From: Candidatus Eiseniibacteriota bacterium
Lineage (GTDB): Bacteria > Eisenbacteria > RBG-16-71-46
Length of the DNA stretch: 64,000 nt
Reading direction: 5' to 3'
Assembly: GCA_963725865.1 (NCBI GenBank)
Contig: CAVSAC010000010.1
Location: 928,001-992,000 of the forward strand
Part shown: one piece after another, positions 62,362-64,000 of the stretch
Numbering within the stretch: position 1 is the first letter of the stretch
Layout of the letters: each line of letters begins with the position of its first letter
Position numbers and translations under genes: made by a program
Notes under the pieces: model-generated
The model's input: the letters and a program-made list of their open reading frames with translations, nothing else
Told to the model about the DNA's origin: nothing
Database searches by the model: none

Positions 62362-63551
62362 GGCGTCACCGCGGTGCGCAGGCCGTCGAGCAGCCAGCGA
62401 TCCCACGCGCCCACCACCTGGCGCACGGCGGCGTCCCGCTCCAGGTGGACGGCGCCGGGGACCACGCCGAGCCGCGCGAGCGCTCGCGCGGAGGCGTCGT
62501 CCGGCGGCGCGGCGGCGGCGAGCAGCAGCACGCCGGCAGCGGCGTGCACGCGATGCTGGGGCGTGCCGGCGATCGCGTACGCGAGGCGGGCCAGCAGCGC
62601 CGGCCCGCTCCCGGTGCGCGCGCGGAACGCGAGGGCCTGGCGCAGGCGCCGGCGCAGCGGCGCCCGCGCCGCCAGCGCCGCGACGCGCCGCCAGGGGTCG
62701 GCGGGCGGCCCCAGGGGCGCGTGCGCCAGCCACGCCGTGCACCAGGCGCGAGCGACCGTGCGCCACTCCGCGTCCGCGGCGGCCGGATCGAGCGCTTCGA
62801 CCGCGCCCGCGCGCCACGCGAGCGCCGCGGGCCAGACCGGCTCGAGCGCCGACTCCGGGCGCGGCTCCCCGGCGCGGCGCGAGCGCCACCACGCCAGCCG
62901 GGCCGCGGCACCATCGGGCCACTCCCCGGCCTCGAGTGCCGCGGCACCGGCGAGGTCGAGCGCCACCTTGAGCACGGCGTGGCGGGCGAGCAGGCGAGTG
63001 AGGCGATCGCCCGAGGTGGCGCCCGGCTCGGCGAGCAGCAGCTCGAACGCGCGGTTCTCGATCAACAGCAGCGTCTCCTCGTGACTCACGTCCTGCGCGC
63101 GCCAGTGGGGCAGGCGCTCGAGCACGGCGGGATCGCCGGCGACCACCCGGCCGTGGCGCCGCAGCTCCAGCGTGGCGGGCCGCGCGGGGAAGCGCGCGAG
63201 GCCCGGCTCGGTCAGGAACGCGACCTCGAGCGGTGCCGCCAGCCCCGCGACCCGCGCCGCGCCGCGCGCGCGGTCGGCGGACGCCCGCGCGGCGGCGGCG
63301 CGGCAGGCGTCGTCATCGCCCAGGACCGCGTACAGGTCGACGTCCGAGAGCGAGACGGCGACGCCGTTCACCTCGGCCCACACCGCTTCGCCCGACGCGT
63401 GGCTGCCGGACAGGATCAGCGCGCGCAGCGACTCGCCCGCCCATGCGCTGGCGCGGCGAACGCAGGCATCCAGCACCGTGGATGCGCGCGAGCCCGTGTG
63501 CTCCATGCGGGACGACACGGGCTCGGCAGGCATGAGAAGGGGGCGGCTCAC
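62358..63551 (-). CDS. Pol-beta superfamily nucleotidyltransferase-domain protein (start may be 63533 or 63506)
   Basis: LILSGSHASGE...SDVDLYAV (hG[GS]...DxD motif) followed by a helical C-terminal region. Confidence 0.7.
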   Translation of the reverse strand: MSRPLLMPAEPVSSRMEHTGSRASTVLDACVRRASAWAGESLRALILSGSHASGEAVWAEVNGVAVSLSDVDLYAVLGDDDACRAAAARASADRARGAARVAGLAAPLEVAFLTEPGLARFPARPATLELRRHGRVVAGDPAVLERLPHWRAQDVSHEETLLLIENRAFELLLAEPGATSGDRLTRLLARHAVLKVALDLAGAAALEAGEWPDGAAARLAWWRSRRAGEPRPESALEPVWPAALAWRAGAVEALDPAAADAEWRTVARAWCTAWLAHAPLGPPADPWRRVAALAARAPLRRRLRQALAFRARTGSGPALLARLAYAIAGTPQHRVHAAAGVLLLAAAAPPDDASARALARLGVVPGAVHLERDAAVRQVVGAWDRWLLDGLRTAVTP

Positions 63552-63567
63552 TCGACGGTGGGAGGCG

Positions 63568-64000
63568 CTACAGCCGGCGGTAGATGAACTCGGGGATCTC
63601 CAGCATGCGGCGATTGAGCACGGTGCCGACGACCCGGCCGCCGGCCTTGCGCAGCAGCTCGACCGATCGCGCGAGCACCGGGCGCTTGGTCCGGCCGGCC
63701 TGCGCGACCAGCACCACGGCGTCGGCGACGGCCGCGAGCACCGAAGCGTCGGACGAGTCGAGCACCGGCGGACCGTCGATCACCAGCCAGTCGTAGGCGG
63801 ATGCGCAGGCTTCGACCATCTCACGCGCGTCCGCGGGCGAGAACATGCCCGCACGCAACCGCTCGTCGGGCACCGGCAGGGCGTGCAGGTTGATCGCGAC
63901 CCCCGCTTCGAGGCCCGGACGCACGCCCGGATCGCCGGTCCGGCAGGTGGCGATCCGATGCGTCAGATCGATCTCGATGCTCGGGCGATCGGCGTTCGCG
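63568..64000 (-). CDS. CpsD/CapB-family tyrosine kinase domain, C-terminal part (5' end outside the window)
   Basis: YDWLVIDGPPVL..DA..ADAVVLV..GRT..VVGTVLN..IPEFIY. Confidence 0.8.
   Translation of the reverse strand, partial: ANADRPSIEIDLTHRIATCRTGDPGVRPGLEAGVAINLHALPVPDERLRAGMFSPADAREMVEACASAYDWLVIDGPPVLDSSDASVLAAVADAVVLVAQAGRTKRPVLARSVELLRKAGGRVVGTVLNRRMLEIPEFIYRRL

Noticed and set aside
1..64000. CRISPR arrays, transposases, phage or defence genes
   Set aside because: No regularly spaced repeats or recognisable motifs found; the NTase at 62358 lacks CBASS-type neighbours

Overview
Very GC-rich bacterial DNA. A secreted protein with a FlgD/T9SS-like C-terminal domain and the overall gene style suggest an FCB-group lineage such as Ca. 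Eisenbacteria (inference only). 1-9.4 kb holds housekeeping and carbohydrate genes: partial GT2, divergent folE, tRNA-Gly(GCC), aspartate kinase, and a manC/SPOR lipoprotein/GlmU-like/galT-like/glgA/GT-C run. 9.5-14.2 kb is a large secreted FG-GAP/Ig-like protein locus with a duplicated ~0.96 kb C-terminal block. 14.4-64 kb is a ~50 kb surface-glycan (EPS/capsule/glycoprotein) locus. It carries many GT2/GT4 enzymes, a priming sugar transferase, a Wzy/WaaL-like protein, three Wzx-like flippases, a CpsD/CapB-type kinase, four further GT-C-like membrane proteins, nucleotide-sugar enzymes and tailoring enzymes (AsnB, CapK-like ligase, FemAB/GNAT, acyltransferase, deacetylase, methyltransferase, GMC oxidoreductase, DUF362, and a Pol-beta nucleotidyltransferase plus AlkP pair). 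The best non-coding signal is a ~300-nt structured leader in front of the priming glycosyltransferase operon. It has a promoter, crossing long-range helices, an antiterminator-like mimic and an intrinsic terminator, so it is a candidate new riboswitch/attenuator. A GT-C gene sits between 75-bp identical direct repeats, and predicted sigma70 promoters show a consistent 18-nt spacer. Many genes carry frameshifts, most simply explained as sequencing indels. All product calls come from motif recognition by eye, not database searches.
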